The translations under genes and the position numbers were made by a program. DNA of 20,000 nt, taken from positions 51,348 to 71,347 of the forward strand of contig UYFQ01000829.1 in NCBI GenBank assembly GCA_900617105.1, given 5' to 3'. Source of the stretch: Hydrurus foetidus. Its lineage: Eukaryota. The notes under the pieces were generated by a model. The model saw only the letters and a program-made list of their open reading frames with translations, had not been told where the DNA came from and did no database searches. Positions within the stretch are counted from its first letter, which is position 1, and each line of letters starts with the position of its first letter. This document shows, in pieces, positions 1 to 9,582 of this stretch.

Positions 1-240
1 CTAAGCTCCATCGCAAACAAGCACAAGGTGACTGTGCTCTACCTCGGAGCAGAGCTAAGTCGTTTTGAAGAGAGTTACCTAACCGAAGAGTTGGGCTTGG
101 TCGACGTCACAGACTCTCTACTCACTAGACCTCCTATGCCGTGGATAGTGGACACTAGCGTGCCTTCCGATATGCCTATAAGGTGCTATTGCGCAGAGAA
201 TCTGGCCTGCGGAGTAGGACTTCAGTGCCTCAACATATAG
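1..240 (+). CDS. 3' end of an unknown ORF, open from the window edge
   Basis: Frame 1 has no stop from base 1 (LSSIANKHKVTVLYLGAELSRFEES...CLNI) to TAG at 238-240. This stop directly abuts the TGA of the convergent RPB2-like ORF. No family recognised. Confidence 0.4.
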   Translation, partial: LSSIANKHKVTVLYLGAELSRFEESYLTEELGLVDVTDSLLTRPPMPWIVDTSVPSDMPIRCYCAENLACGVGLQCLNI

Positions 241-1440
241 TCATCTGAATTCCATGCTTATGCCATCCTTCTGGTACATCATGAGAGCAAAGCTAATCGT
301 CGAGTGCCTTGTGGTCACAAGGCCACAGTCAGAGACGCTAGGGCTCTCGTTTCCGATGGCTTTACCCTTAGGGTCGCAGTCGCACAGGAATTGAAGGCAT
401 CTGCACGCATTGCACACGTACGCGGTGACCGCGTCGCTCCTGAGAGTGAACTCCTTTAAAACGTTGGTCAGACCGTTGCCCAACATCTGCTGAATCTCCA
501 TCTCTCCCAGGGTCACAGACCCTCCCGCTTGTTTGCCCCTAAGGGAAGTTCTAGTGAACTTGGTAGACTCGATCCTCGTGTACTGGAGCTTGTCGTTAGT
601 CATGAAGGGAGACTGCATCAATCTGATGATTCCATAGTTACACGTGGATGCCTCGCTAACGTAGTTGCTCTCTCTCCCGAAGCACTGTGTCCAGTGGGAC
701 ACATGATCACCTCGACCATAAGTGAACTTCGATTCGTAGTCGCTCATGAGCTCCATACTCCTTTGCTGGAAGTCGATGCTCTGCATCTCTTCAGTATCGG
801 GGCATATGAAGTGCAAGTACTCTAAAGGACCTTTATCTACGTGCAACATTAGCACTGTTGTAAGTCCTCTCTTCGAAATTCCACGTGTAAATATTTGCAA
901 TCCATGCTTCAATGCGACGCAATGAACACGTAAATTTGGCGTTTCAGAATACTGTAAAACATTCAATGAAGCGGCTAGCTGTTCAGCCGACCACTGTTCA
1001 CGTATGTTCCCCAAAGTAACTACATGTCTAGCTATCACTATTGCGACCATAAAGGCGCAATAGTCTATCACTAGCTCATATTCCTTCGCTTTTGCTTTCA
1101 TTTCTCCTGATATGAGGGAGGTTCCAGAAAGTTAGAATAACTGTTCTCCCATCTAGAGAGCACTTTTGAACCGTTTAATTAGCACTTTTTGACGACACAT
1201 TCAACCCTCAAATCTTACCGAAACAGTGTCAATACTCCGCAATGAGTTCGAGAGTTGCAGAACCTTAAAGTTTTGAGATGGTGCGCCGTGCAAAATATTA
1301 CCGAGCAACAGTCGATCACCAGAAAAGATTAGGCAGCCCAGAAGCAGATATCACACAGCTCCACACCATGTCAACGAATTTCATTGATATGGATTACCCA
1401 TCGAGATAGTTGTGTTCCTTTGAGGACACCATTATTGTGA
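241..1440 (-). pseudogene. Highly divergent RNA polymerase second-largest subunit (RPB2/beta-like), C-terminal part; open 241-1101, same frame with in-frame stops upstream
   Basis: YGIIRLMQ..DKLQYTR..TRTSLRGKQAGGSVTLGEME..MLGNG..VLKEFTLRSD..VCNAC parallels RPB2 [45 protein letters not shown]..SD..CxxC. RHVVTLGNIREQ parallels SRMTIGQLIE. The upstream frame reads GCLIFSGDRLLLGNI..IDTVSV..AL*MGEQLF*LSG, paralleling GVRVSGEDVIIGK..VDQV..PQIGDKFASRHG. The 5' boundary is approximate. Confidence 0.75.
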
Positions 1441-1555
1441 CATCATGGTCGATGTCGCCAAAAATGATCGTAATACCGTAAAAAATTACAAATAATAGGG
1501 CACTCTACGGAACCGAAATCCTGTTCCTTTTTCAAATGAATTCCGGTGTACATAA

Positions 1556-1595
1556 GGCCCTTCCTAGTGGAGTACAAATTACAAAATACAAAATT
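1556..1595 (+). repeat. Left TIR of Harbinger element
   Basis: ggcccttcctagtggagtacaaattacaaaatacaaaatt versus reverse complement of right end ggtcggtcccagtggagtacaaaatacaaaatacaaaatt (35/40 identical). Confidence 0.9.
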
Positions 1596-1770
1596 TGAAA
1601 ATTTTTGAACTTTTATTTTTGTACTTTGTACCTCTACGGTTGTAGTGGTTGACAAAATACGAAAGCTCTGTTTTGTATCTTTTTTAAACCTCACGTTTGT
1701 AGTGGATGTCATTTTACAAAACACAAATTTCAACCTCCAAATTTTTTTGCCACCACCTCAATTCTGCAAG

Positions 1771-2606
1771 ATGGTCAAAAACAAGGTTATGCAAGCCAAA
1801 TCCAAGTCCGTGAAGAAACTTCTCGAGAAACTCAAAGCTCCCCAGTTGAAGGCGTTGCAGTATCTTCTTGCTGCAAATGCCTATGTCTCAATTATTGAGG
1901 GATCTGCTCGGAGAAAGAAGACGCAGAAAGAAGACATGGAAATGTGAGTTGTTTAAACTCTGATTATAGCATTTTAACCTCTCAAGAACTCATCAATTTG
2001 ATTGTCACTTGATAGATTATACCATGGTGATGGCGGCGACCAGCTTGGTCAAGTCAACCAACTGTTGAATAGGAATAATCGCTATAAAGTCTTATGGGAC
2101 GGAGATAAATTTGGTTCTGGGTTTGGGATTTTTAGCGGTGTTACCAAAAATTCCGTCAAGGAAATCATCAATATGCCGACCACTTGAGTTCATATGCAGA
2201 AACACTTGAGTTCATTCTGGGATCTAATGGAGAACCTGTACCTGAACCAGTGTATCAATCCTCCATTCCAATGCATCAGCCTACCATTGTGCCATCAGCA
2301 TCTACTCACCTTTTCAGTAAGAAACCATCTCTACCTGTTGGACTCAAAAGCTCTGCCCCCAGCGAGCTTCGTAAAGTTAAATAGAAGATTGCAGCTCAGG
2401 CCCCAGTGAACGCACTAGCAAACACCGTCATTGGCAGCAGCGGAAGCAGCAGCAGCAGAATGAGCATCGGGAGCAGCGGGAGCAAAAGGGACAGCAACCA
2501 AGAGAAATCCAGCAGTAGCAGCAGTAGCAACAGTAGCAGCAGCAGCAGCAGCAGCAACAAGGAAGGCAAGAGGTTAGTGAAAAAGAGAACTACTCATAGT
2601 GTTTAA
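1771..2606 (+). pseudogene. Harbinger second gene (putative DNA-binding accessory protein), spliced and disrupted
   Basis: ATG at 1771. A GTGAGT..TAG intron at 1944-2015 joins ORF 1645-1947 in frame to ORF 2002-2187. A frame break follows near 2185, then one frame 2184-2606 interrupted by a single TAG (2382-2384) and ending in a Ser-rich, basic tail. Position matches the usual second Harbinger ORF; a Myb/SANT motif was not recognisable. Confidence 0.55.
2434..2556 (+). repeat. Imperfect (AGC)n repeat encoding poly-Ser
   Basis: Runs of agc/agt triplets are visible directly. Confidence 0.8.
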
Positions 2607-2886
2607 TTGATTTATAACTTGCATTGTTACAATTGGTTTTTGTATTGTGTACTCCACTACGATCGAGAGGTACAAAAATCAGGATACAAAAAAAGGAAAA
2701 ATAAATATGCTTCGAAAGTATGAGAATATAAGTTGAAACTTGTTAATATAATTATGTGAATAGATTTAACGATAAATAAAGTTTAAAATTTTGTATGTTT
2801 ATTTTGTACTCCACTACAATCGAACGGATACAAAATAAGAATGAATAAATACAATACATGATAGACAAGGACTTAAAAACATTAAC

Positions 2887-3871
2887 CTAGAGCCATTTGA
2901 CGGAAGATGAATCTTTGGAAGGGCATATCAGTGAGGTCCACGATGGATACCCTCCATCAACAAGAATCCAGGCACCTTTGTAGTTCTCCTCTATACCCCT
3001 TTCATTATACAGAGAGAACACATTGTCAGCAAGATAATTACTTCTCTGAATGTCGGTAATGAAGTCATCAAATCGGACTGTAGTAGTATCGTTCCATCGT
3101 CCCGGGAAGCCAACAGTTGTTGCAAGTATCTGCCGGCGGTGATTGACAACAAGTTGATATGCACGAGTTGTATGAGAATCCTTTCCCCAAGATTCTGATT
3201 CTTTAAGCGCGCATAGCACTTCTCCATTATAATGTGAGTAACATCTGCAGACCCAATACATCCATCGAATGCCGCCGCCTTAAACTCTGACATATGATCT
3301 CTGATTTCTTCTTCAGTTTCTGAGCGTTTCACCTACATGGGATAGGAAACTCCCTGCAAGCTTTGACAAACAAATTGAAGAAAACGCGATGTGACTCCTC
3401 AGATACCCCTGTAGCCTCGGCGATATCGTCAAAAGTCCACCCTCTTCCTAGATAGCGCAAAGCACCCAGAATGAATAAATCCAATGGAATCCCAGGTTGG
3501 TGACATGCATTCCGCCGTTCGTAAGTGGGAAACCATTTTTGCTCTCTCGCCAGTTTCACTAGACCTTGAAACTTGGCGTCGGGCATCCTGAATCGTCGCC
3601 TGAACTGGGCGTATTGACTTTTATTTTTGAACCAACCGACTCCAGATACATATCTTCGGTACCATTCCGACTTCACAGCTTGGAATGGATCATACCCTTG
3701 ATAGTTCCTTGCAGCATATGGTCTTTTTTCTTTAACAACTACTTGTTTCTGTTCTTCTTTACCCTCTTCATCCTCCTCGTCATCATTTCTATCTCGTTTC
3801 CTTCTATACGCAGCCCATTTATCAAATACGACGATTCCTTCATCATCAAAGATACTAGTGAACCTCTCCAT
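2887..3871 (-). pseudogene. Harbinger-type DDE transposase (Plant_tran/DDE_Tnp_4-like), frameshifted and C-terminally truncated
   Basis: FRRRFRM, LGALRYLGRGWTFDDIAEATGVS, GCIGSADVTH, GFPGRWND and LVDGGY motifs are spread over three frames (shifts near 3345 and 3190, one internal TAG). The final catalytic Glu segment is not seen after KWL*. Confidence 0.9.
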
Positions 3872-4104
3872 CTCAAATCAACTTTCAGATGTTGAATTGA
3901 TGTTGATTAGGAGGAGCTGTTAGTAATATAAATATTTTTTTTCTAATTATGTACCTGTACAATCGAGGTACAAAAAAGCTCAAGAATTTTGTCACAAGGG
4001 GCCTGTTTTGTACCTCGACAAAACAGGAAATTTACTTTTTTTTAATTTTTTTGTTTTTTGTACTCCACTACAATCAAGAATACAAGTAAGAGGTACAAAA
4101 CAGG

Positions 4105-4144
4105 AATTTTGTATTTTGTATTTTGTACTCCACTGGGACCGACC
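4105..4144 (-). repeat. Right TIR of Harbinger element
   Basis: Inverted copy of 1556-1595, followed by TAA. Confidence 0.9.
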
Positions 4145-4261
4145 TAAGGACCGGCCTTAACTGGTTGGTCAAACCTGCTCTTGACAACTCGAAATTAAGG
4201 CTCACTCCTCAGTTCTCAATTCACTGAGGTAGCAGGCATAGATTCACAAAACTCCATCACC

Positions 4262-4928
4262 ATGTCTTATCTGCTCGCGCATCTTCGGTCTGGATGGGCA
4301 GTCGATCAGGCGATTCTGTCGGAAGAACAGAGAGTTGTAATTTTACGTTTTGGACACGACTGGGACCCTGTATGTAAGTGTTCTTGTGCTTCTGAGACTT
4401 GCTGCGGCCTTCCTCCTCGACGAAAGCATCCTACCCTTCATACCCTGCGAAACTCGATGAAAAAAGTAGATGATCTTATTCCGTTTTAGATCACTAGCGC
4501 CTAAAAGGCTTTGACGCGATTCTTCATCATGGCATAATAGAATGAAAGTGAATCATATGTGCCATACGGCGAATACTAAATTCTTTGCGCACATTTATTT
4601 CATCGCAACAGGCATGGAAATGGACGAAGTGCTGTGCGGCATCGCAGACGACGTCAAGAACTTCGCCACTGTCTACTTAATCGATATATCTGAAGTTCCA
4701 GATTTCAATACAATGTACGAGTTGTATGACCCTTGCACGGTTATGTTTTTCTTCCGAAATAAGCATATCATGATAGATTTAGGGACAGGAAACAACAACA
4801 AAATTAATTGGGCATTTAACTCGAAGCAGGAGATGATTGATATTGTGGAGACTGTTTATAGGGGTGCTAGAAAAGGAAGGGGGTTGGTGATATCACCGAA
4901 GGACTACAGTACAAAATACAAGTATTAA
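4262..4928 (+). CDS. DIM1: Thioredoxin-like U5 snRNP protein Dim1/TXNL4A; exons 4262-4373 and 4612-4928, 142 aa
   Basis: MSYLLAHLRSGWAVDQAILSEEQRVVILRFGHDWDPVC-MEMDEVL...FFFRNKHIMIDLGTGNNNKINWA...RGARKGRGLVISPKDYSTKYKY. The GTAAGT..CAG intron 4374-4611 restores the frame (T|GC = Cys). Confidence 0.98.
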
Positions 4929-5599
4929 TTCTCTGAAAAGTTGGCTGGAAAGTGTAATGATGTCATAGGATTTCACAGATGGCATGTATCCTTTCCCTTT
5001 TTAAGAACAGACATCTGTTGACACTGTACATTTGCAGATAGTTATGTATACTCACCTTCTCATGTGTATACCGAACAATGATAGTAGAGCATTGCACCTT
5101 CTTCCATGCCACATCAATGTTAGATCCAGTTACACATGGCGCATACGATCTGATGCGCCATTTCAGACTTAGTGCTGTACTTATTTCCCCTGATATTCTT
5201 ACCTTATTTACTGTCGTTTGTAAGAGTAAGAAATATGACACCGTGGCTGTTGACTCGTTTTGAACTCTCGATGCAATTTTATTGCGAAATATATTAGAAG
5301 CGCCTTTTCGCCTCACTGTAAAAGAAGAGATTTGGATTGAAACTGAAAATGAAATTGAAAAGTGACTACTTCCACTTTCAAGAAAAAATATAATGCGTCG
5401 TAACAAAGGATCGTGTTGTGCGGAATCGAAGGTATAGGGTCATGCTGTTGAAGTTGAAGTTGGTCTGTACTGTATGTGCAGTCGCTCTGTATCTGTTGCT
5501 GTACGGTATAGTACCGCACAATACTGTACGTTACGGTGGACGGTAGTGAGAGGTGTGGAGTAGTGTGATGGGATGTCATGTACAGTCCAGTATCGTCTC

Positions 5600-7957
5600 C
5601 TAGATCACTGCAATGGCGCTTGATGATGAATGAGGACGAGAAGTGTTGAAGAATATTCTCAATTCAATGGGAGGAAGGGGTGGGGGTGGGGGGTGCCGTA
5701 CCACGTATATCGGAACTACCACATTATCTTCAAATAATTTAAACCATCTGGAAAACACTCCTTTACCAGCTTTATATCTCACCCGATGAAAATCTTCTTC
5801 ACTTCTCGGACTATTTATTCTATAATTCTTTTTCTCTGCTGCACCACGGGATGCACTCATTTTGTCTTCACCTCTGAACTTCACATTTGGCTGCTTAGGT
5901 AGCATTTCTTCCATTCCTAGCAATTCACTGTCACCTTCAGAGAATTTACTCGGTTCTGAGTGCTTACTGTCTCCTGAGGAGGAGGAAGATGGGACCTTCT
6001 CACGGTGACATTCAGACAGTATACCGGACTCAATATTAAGTTGACTTCCAAATGAATTGTTTCTGGCCTCATGTGATTCGAGAACCGGGTTTGGGAAATT
6101 CATTTTATCAGACGAATTTCTGATACTTCCAGGGTTGCTTTCAAATCCATATGATTCTGACGATCTTTCTCCGCTTTCCATCGCATCAGAATCATCATTG
6201 CGCCTTATATTTTTACCCGGATTTATTCTCTTTTTCAGTATATAATTGCTGCCGTTTATATAGTCGGTGGAGAGGTGGTCAGTGCAAGGAGCAGTCTGAG
6301 TTTTATCATTCCCATGTTTGTCTCTTTCTCTCTCTATCTTAAAGAAGTCAATAGCTGCTTGTGTGAGCGCTCCACAGATGAACAAGTTCGTGAGAACGAT
6401 AAAAGATGTCGCGAAATAAATGTTCTCAGCGCTACCAAGATTTTTCGGAAACATTTCTGCAGCAGCATACGCAACCGGTCCACGTAATCCAGCTAACATC
6501 AAAATGTGCTGTGCATTCATGTTGATGTACAGCGGTTTCGCTACTTTTGAAGTTGTGCTCTCATCGTCTGCGCTTGCAGCGTCCAGCTCCATCGCCTCGA
6601 TTTCGTTGGTAGATCCGTCCTCAGAAGGCGTAACGGTTTCTGAAACGGAATAACAGCAGTAGAACTTCATCGCACCGTTATAAACATTCGTCACATAGGA
6701 CAGTGGATAGATTTGAGCCGCCCTGCTGAGTATGGTGAGTAAAATAGACCAACACATGAACTTTGCGTCGATGTGTTTCGAACTGCTTATTAGTCTCCTC
6801 GCCAGTGACATTCCGATGCAAAAGAAGACGAAGGTCTCTATAAAACGGGATAATACTGATAGATTGAGGAAGAGGCTCTCTTTGTCGCTCATGCTGATGA
6901 TACCACCGATTTCTAAGCAGTATCGAAATGAGATCGCAGCGAACATGCACGAGATAATACCCGACAACTCCAACACATTGCAACTCAAATACGAGATATA
7001 GATGAGAGGAATGACATAGCAGATAATCATGTTCTTGTTTTCTCTGATTTTGTTCAGTTTGTAGAGGTATGCTGCTATGCCGCCTATCAGTGATCCGATG
7101 CTCATAGAGGCAAGAAGTGAGACGAGCAAATACACAGTCGCACCCAGACCAACATTAACTGACATCTTCTTTTTCGCCAGAATTGATAGAAATATCCTGT
7201 ACAGAATGATGGATACTGCATCGTCTATGGTAGATGCGCCGTAGACGATGGCGCTCAGGGAAGGGTCAACTTTCAAATCAGCGAAAACAGCCAAAGTGGA
7301 AACAGGATCTGTTGAGCTTATCAAAGCGCCAAATGCTAAACACTCCATCAATGAAATACTCAGCGAAAAATGGAAACTTCCCGCAAAATACAGCCCGTAA
7401 CCAAAAACAAGAGCATTTATGCATGTTCCGATGTTAGCAAATATCGTTATAGCGAACCAATTCGAGAAAAAGTGCGACCGATCTTGATCAAAGCCCGCTT
7501 GAAATATGAGGGGCGGCAGCAAAGACCAGAAAAAGAAGTCGGCGTCAAAGTTATTCGCAATATCTGTATATCCATACGTTGATGTTATAACCGAGAGTAG
7601 CGCGCCAATAATGATGGCCACTCCAGGTGTTGATAAATGGTAAATTTTCCATAGTACAATAGACCTACTTCCTATCCACAGAACAATCACGAGGGAGAGG
7701 AAGTAGAGCAGACTGAATAGCTGGGTTTTGACGACTGGATCATTTTGAAAAGAGCTGAGGCCCCAGCCACCGAAGCTGCTTGATGTCGCTACGGCGGTAG
7801 AATTGCTCGACATAGAAGCACGGCGGAAAATTGCGGAATTTTCGACGTGTTTAACGAGTGCTTCGCGATTTTGGACGCGCCAGGAATATGTGGTAACATC
7901 ACTGGCATTAGCCTGTAGGAGGTCGTCGACTAGAGAATAAAGTAACGCATCCATCAT
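5600..7957 (-). CDS. Na+(K+)/H+ exchanger, CPA1 (NHE/NHX-like), 785 aa, with long disordered C-tail
   Basis: FFFWSLLPPLIFQAGF, FGALISSTDPVSTLAVF, LSGIISCMF, ETFVFFCIG, SRAAQIYPLS and GLRGPVAYA motifs, with many hydrophobic segments in one uninterrupted ORF. Confidence 0.93.
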   Translation of the reverse strand: MMDALLYSLVDDLLQANASDVTTYSWRVQNREALVKHVENSAIFRRASMSSNSTAVATSSSFGGWGLSSFQNDPVVKTQLFSLLYFLSLVIVLWIGSRSIVLWKIYHLSTPGVAIIIGALLSVITSTYGYTDIANNFDADFFFWSLLPPLIFQAGFDQDRSHFFSNWFAITIFANIGTCINALVFGYGLYFAGSFHFSLSISLMECLAFGALISSTDPVSTLAVFADLKVDPSLSAIVYGASTIDDAVSIILYRIFLSILAKKKMSVNVGLGATVYLLVSLLASMSIGSLIGGIAAYLYKLNKIRENKNMIICYVIPLIYISYLSCNVLELSGIISCMFAAISFRYCLEIGGIISMSDKESLFLNLSVLSRFIETFVFFCIGMSLARRLISSSKHIDAKFMCWSILLTILSRAAQIYPLSYVTNVYNGAMKFYCCYSVSETVTPSEDGSTNEIEAMELDAASADDESTTSKVAKPLYINMNAQHILMLAGLRGPVAYAAAEMFPKNLGSAENIYFATSFIVLTNLFICGALTQAAIDFFKIERERDKHGNDKTQTAPCTDHLSTDYINGSNYILKKRINPGKNIRRNDDSDAMESGERSSESYGFESNPGSIRNSSDKMNFPNPVLESHEARNNSFGSQLNIESGILSECHREKVPSSSSSGDSKHSEPSKFSEGDSELLGMEEMLPKQPNVKFRGEDKMSASRGAAEKKNYRINSPRSEEDFHRVRYKAGKGVFSRWFKLFEDNVVVPIYVVRHPPPPPLPPIELRIFFNTSRPHSSSSAIAVI

Positions 7958-8071
7958 CTAAAAAAAGGTTGAATGTTGTTTGGCAACAGAAGTTTCGTTG
8001 GGGCCGACAAAATTTGGTGGAATATGTGGCATTTTTCCAAAATTAAAAAAGTTTTTGGACCCTGGACCCTG

Positions 8072-8311
8072 TGTCGGAATAACTGTGTGTTAAGTAACCG
8101 TATAAGTTACTACGTATGTACATTTGATGACGTTTCATCGTCTGTGCCGTGTGGGGGTCGCTACTCCACCGGTCCAAGTTCCCTTTAACCCAGGAACATC
8201 AAAAGGAATGAAAGTACACCATGTTTGACTGTGCGGGACAGCGCGATCTTTTCGCCTGTCTCCATGAACAATGTAAGACACGTTGCATTGTTAATTACCT
8301 TAAACCTCACA
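8072..8311 (+). repeat. Putative 5' LTR of outer Copia
   Basis: Starts TGTCGGAAT and ends CTCACA, about 150 bp before the gag ATG. There is no second copy in the window and no clear PBS, so the boundaries are tentative. Confidence 0.35.
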
Positions 8312-8461
8312 CCAGCACAGCTTTCTTCTCGAGCCGAGTCAGCTGCTAGCGGAGGTGTTGAAGTTGCAGAAGAAGATCGTACGCAGGAGGGATCTAGTAG
8401 ACCATTCAGTGAGACTGAAGTCCAAGACTTACGACATAATTAACAAAATATCTCAGACACC

Positions 8462-9582
8462 ATGAGTGCCCGAGGAAGAGGCAGAAACAACAATCCCGCT
8501 GGTGGGCGAGCAAACCCTGCCAACGGCGGCAGAGGTAACGCCGGCCGCGGCGGTACGAGGCCACCTCCTCGAACTGGAACGAAGCCAGAAATTGGCGCTT
8601 TCCTGGACCTGGGAAAAGAAATGAACCACGGTAGCGTAAGCGCGTGGATGAGAAAGTTCAGAGAGTATACCAGAACTAACTACAAATCGGAGATCAGCGA
8701 GATATTCGGCACTGAAGGAATACCTGGGAGTATCCGGAGTTTGAACCCCCAGAGGACATCGCAGCAAACGCTGGATTCATGGAATCCACAAGATGGAAAA
8801 GAGCATTAGAGCTCTCTGACAGCAAAGTGGAAAGGCTACGAGAGGACAAAGCACAAGTCTTCGGACTCATGCTAGGGCAAGTCAGCGAGCAGTCAAAATC
8901 CACTATACGGGAAACTGAAAGCGGGGCTACCGCAATGTTAGAGGAAGACCCACTGCTGCTACTAAGAGCGATTATCTTGACCCACCTTTCAGACCCACGT
9001 CTAGGTGCAGATCAGAACCTGCTGCGAGTACGTATGGCGTATGAGACTGTTCGGATGGAACCAAACGACCTACTGAAGTACTACTACCAACGCTTCAAAG
9101 CGTTGAAGACTGGCTATGAAGATACAATGCGATCACTAGAAGTGATGCCGGAGTACAACGAAGCTATGATAGCGCACAACGATACGCTTACAGCTATGAA
9201 GTTTATGAACGGTTTGAATGCCGGTTATAAACACTATGTGGAATATTATGAACATAGGTTGAAAGATTGGCCGGACACGTTAGAGGACGCGTACCTCGAG
9301 ATGGCCAAGGTCACCCCCAAGAGACCTTCGGGGGCGTCCCCACCCGGCCAGACAAATGTGTTCGCAACAAAATCAGTAGCTGGTGAGAAAACAGCCGGTA
9401 CTGGGAGTGAGAAGGGAAAACCTAATGGGAACGGGGGCAGAGGGAGGGGTGGACGTACGGGGTACGGCACCCGTCCCGGGAATTGTAACAAATGCAAAGA
9501 GCCCGGACACTACTCATACGAGTGCACGGCCCAGGAGAGCCAAGCGGCTGCATCAGCAGCCAGTGGAAAATCGGTAAACTAA
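8462..9582 (+). pseudogene. Gag of outer Copia (1-nt frameshift near 8728)
   Basis: RGG-rich N-terminus. The frame switches at GIPG/EYPEFEPP, followed by a helical capsid-like region and zinc knuckle CNKCKEPGHYSYEC. Confidence 0.88.

Larger units (their letters stand above)
1556..4144. mobile_element. PIF/Harbinger DNA transposon, defective
   Basis: Imperfect 40-bp TIRs (1556-1595 and 4105-4144) starting GG, a TAA duplication on both sides (1553-1555, 4145-4147), a transposase pseudogene and a second convergent gene. Confidence 0.9.

Noticed and set aside
1443..1733. 96-aa minus-strand ORF
   Set aside because: Spans the transposon TIR junction in AT-rich repeat sequence; no motif.
2640..4135. 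Repeated GTACTCCACT motif as a CRISPR-like array
   Set aside because: Irregular spacing, both orientations, part of transposon TIRs, eukaryotic context and no cas genes.
4262..4489. ORFs 4262-4489 and 4542-4928 as separate genes
   Set aside because: They are the two DIM1 exons read into the intron.
4963..5579. ORFs in the DIM1-NHE interval
   Set aside because: No motifs and low-complexity composition; probably 3' UTR or intergenic sequence.
6057..7582. Short ORFs overlapping the exchanger
   Set aside because: Antisense or alternate-frame shadows of a well-supported CDS.
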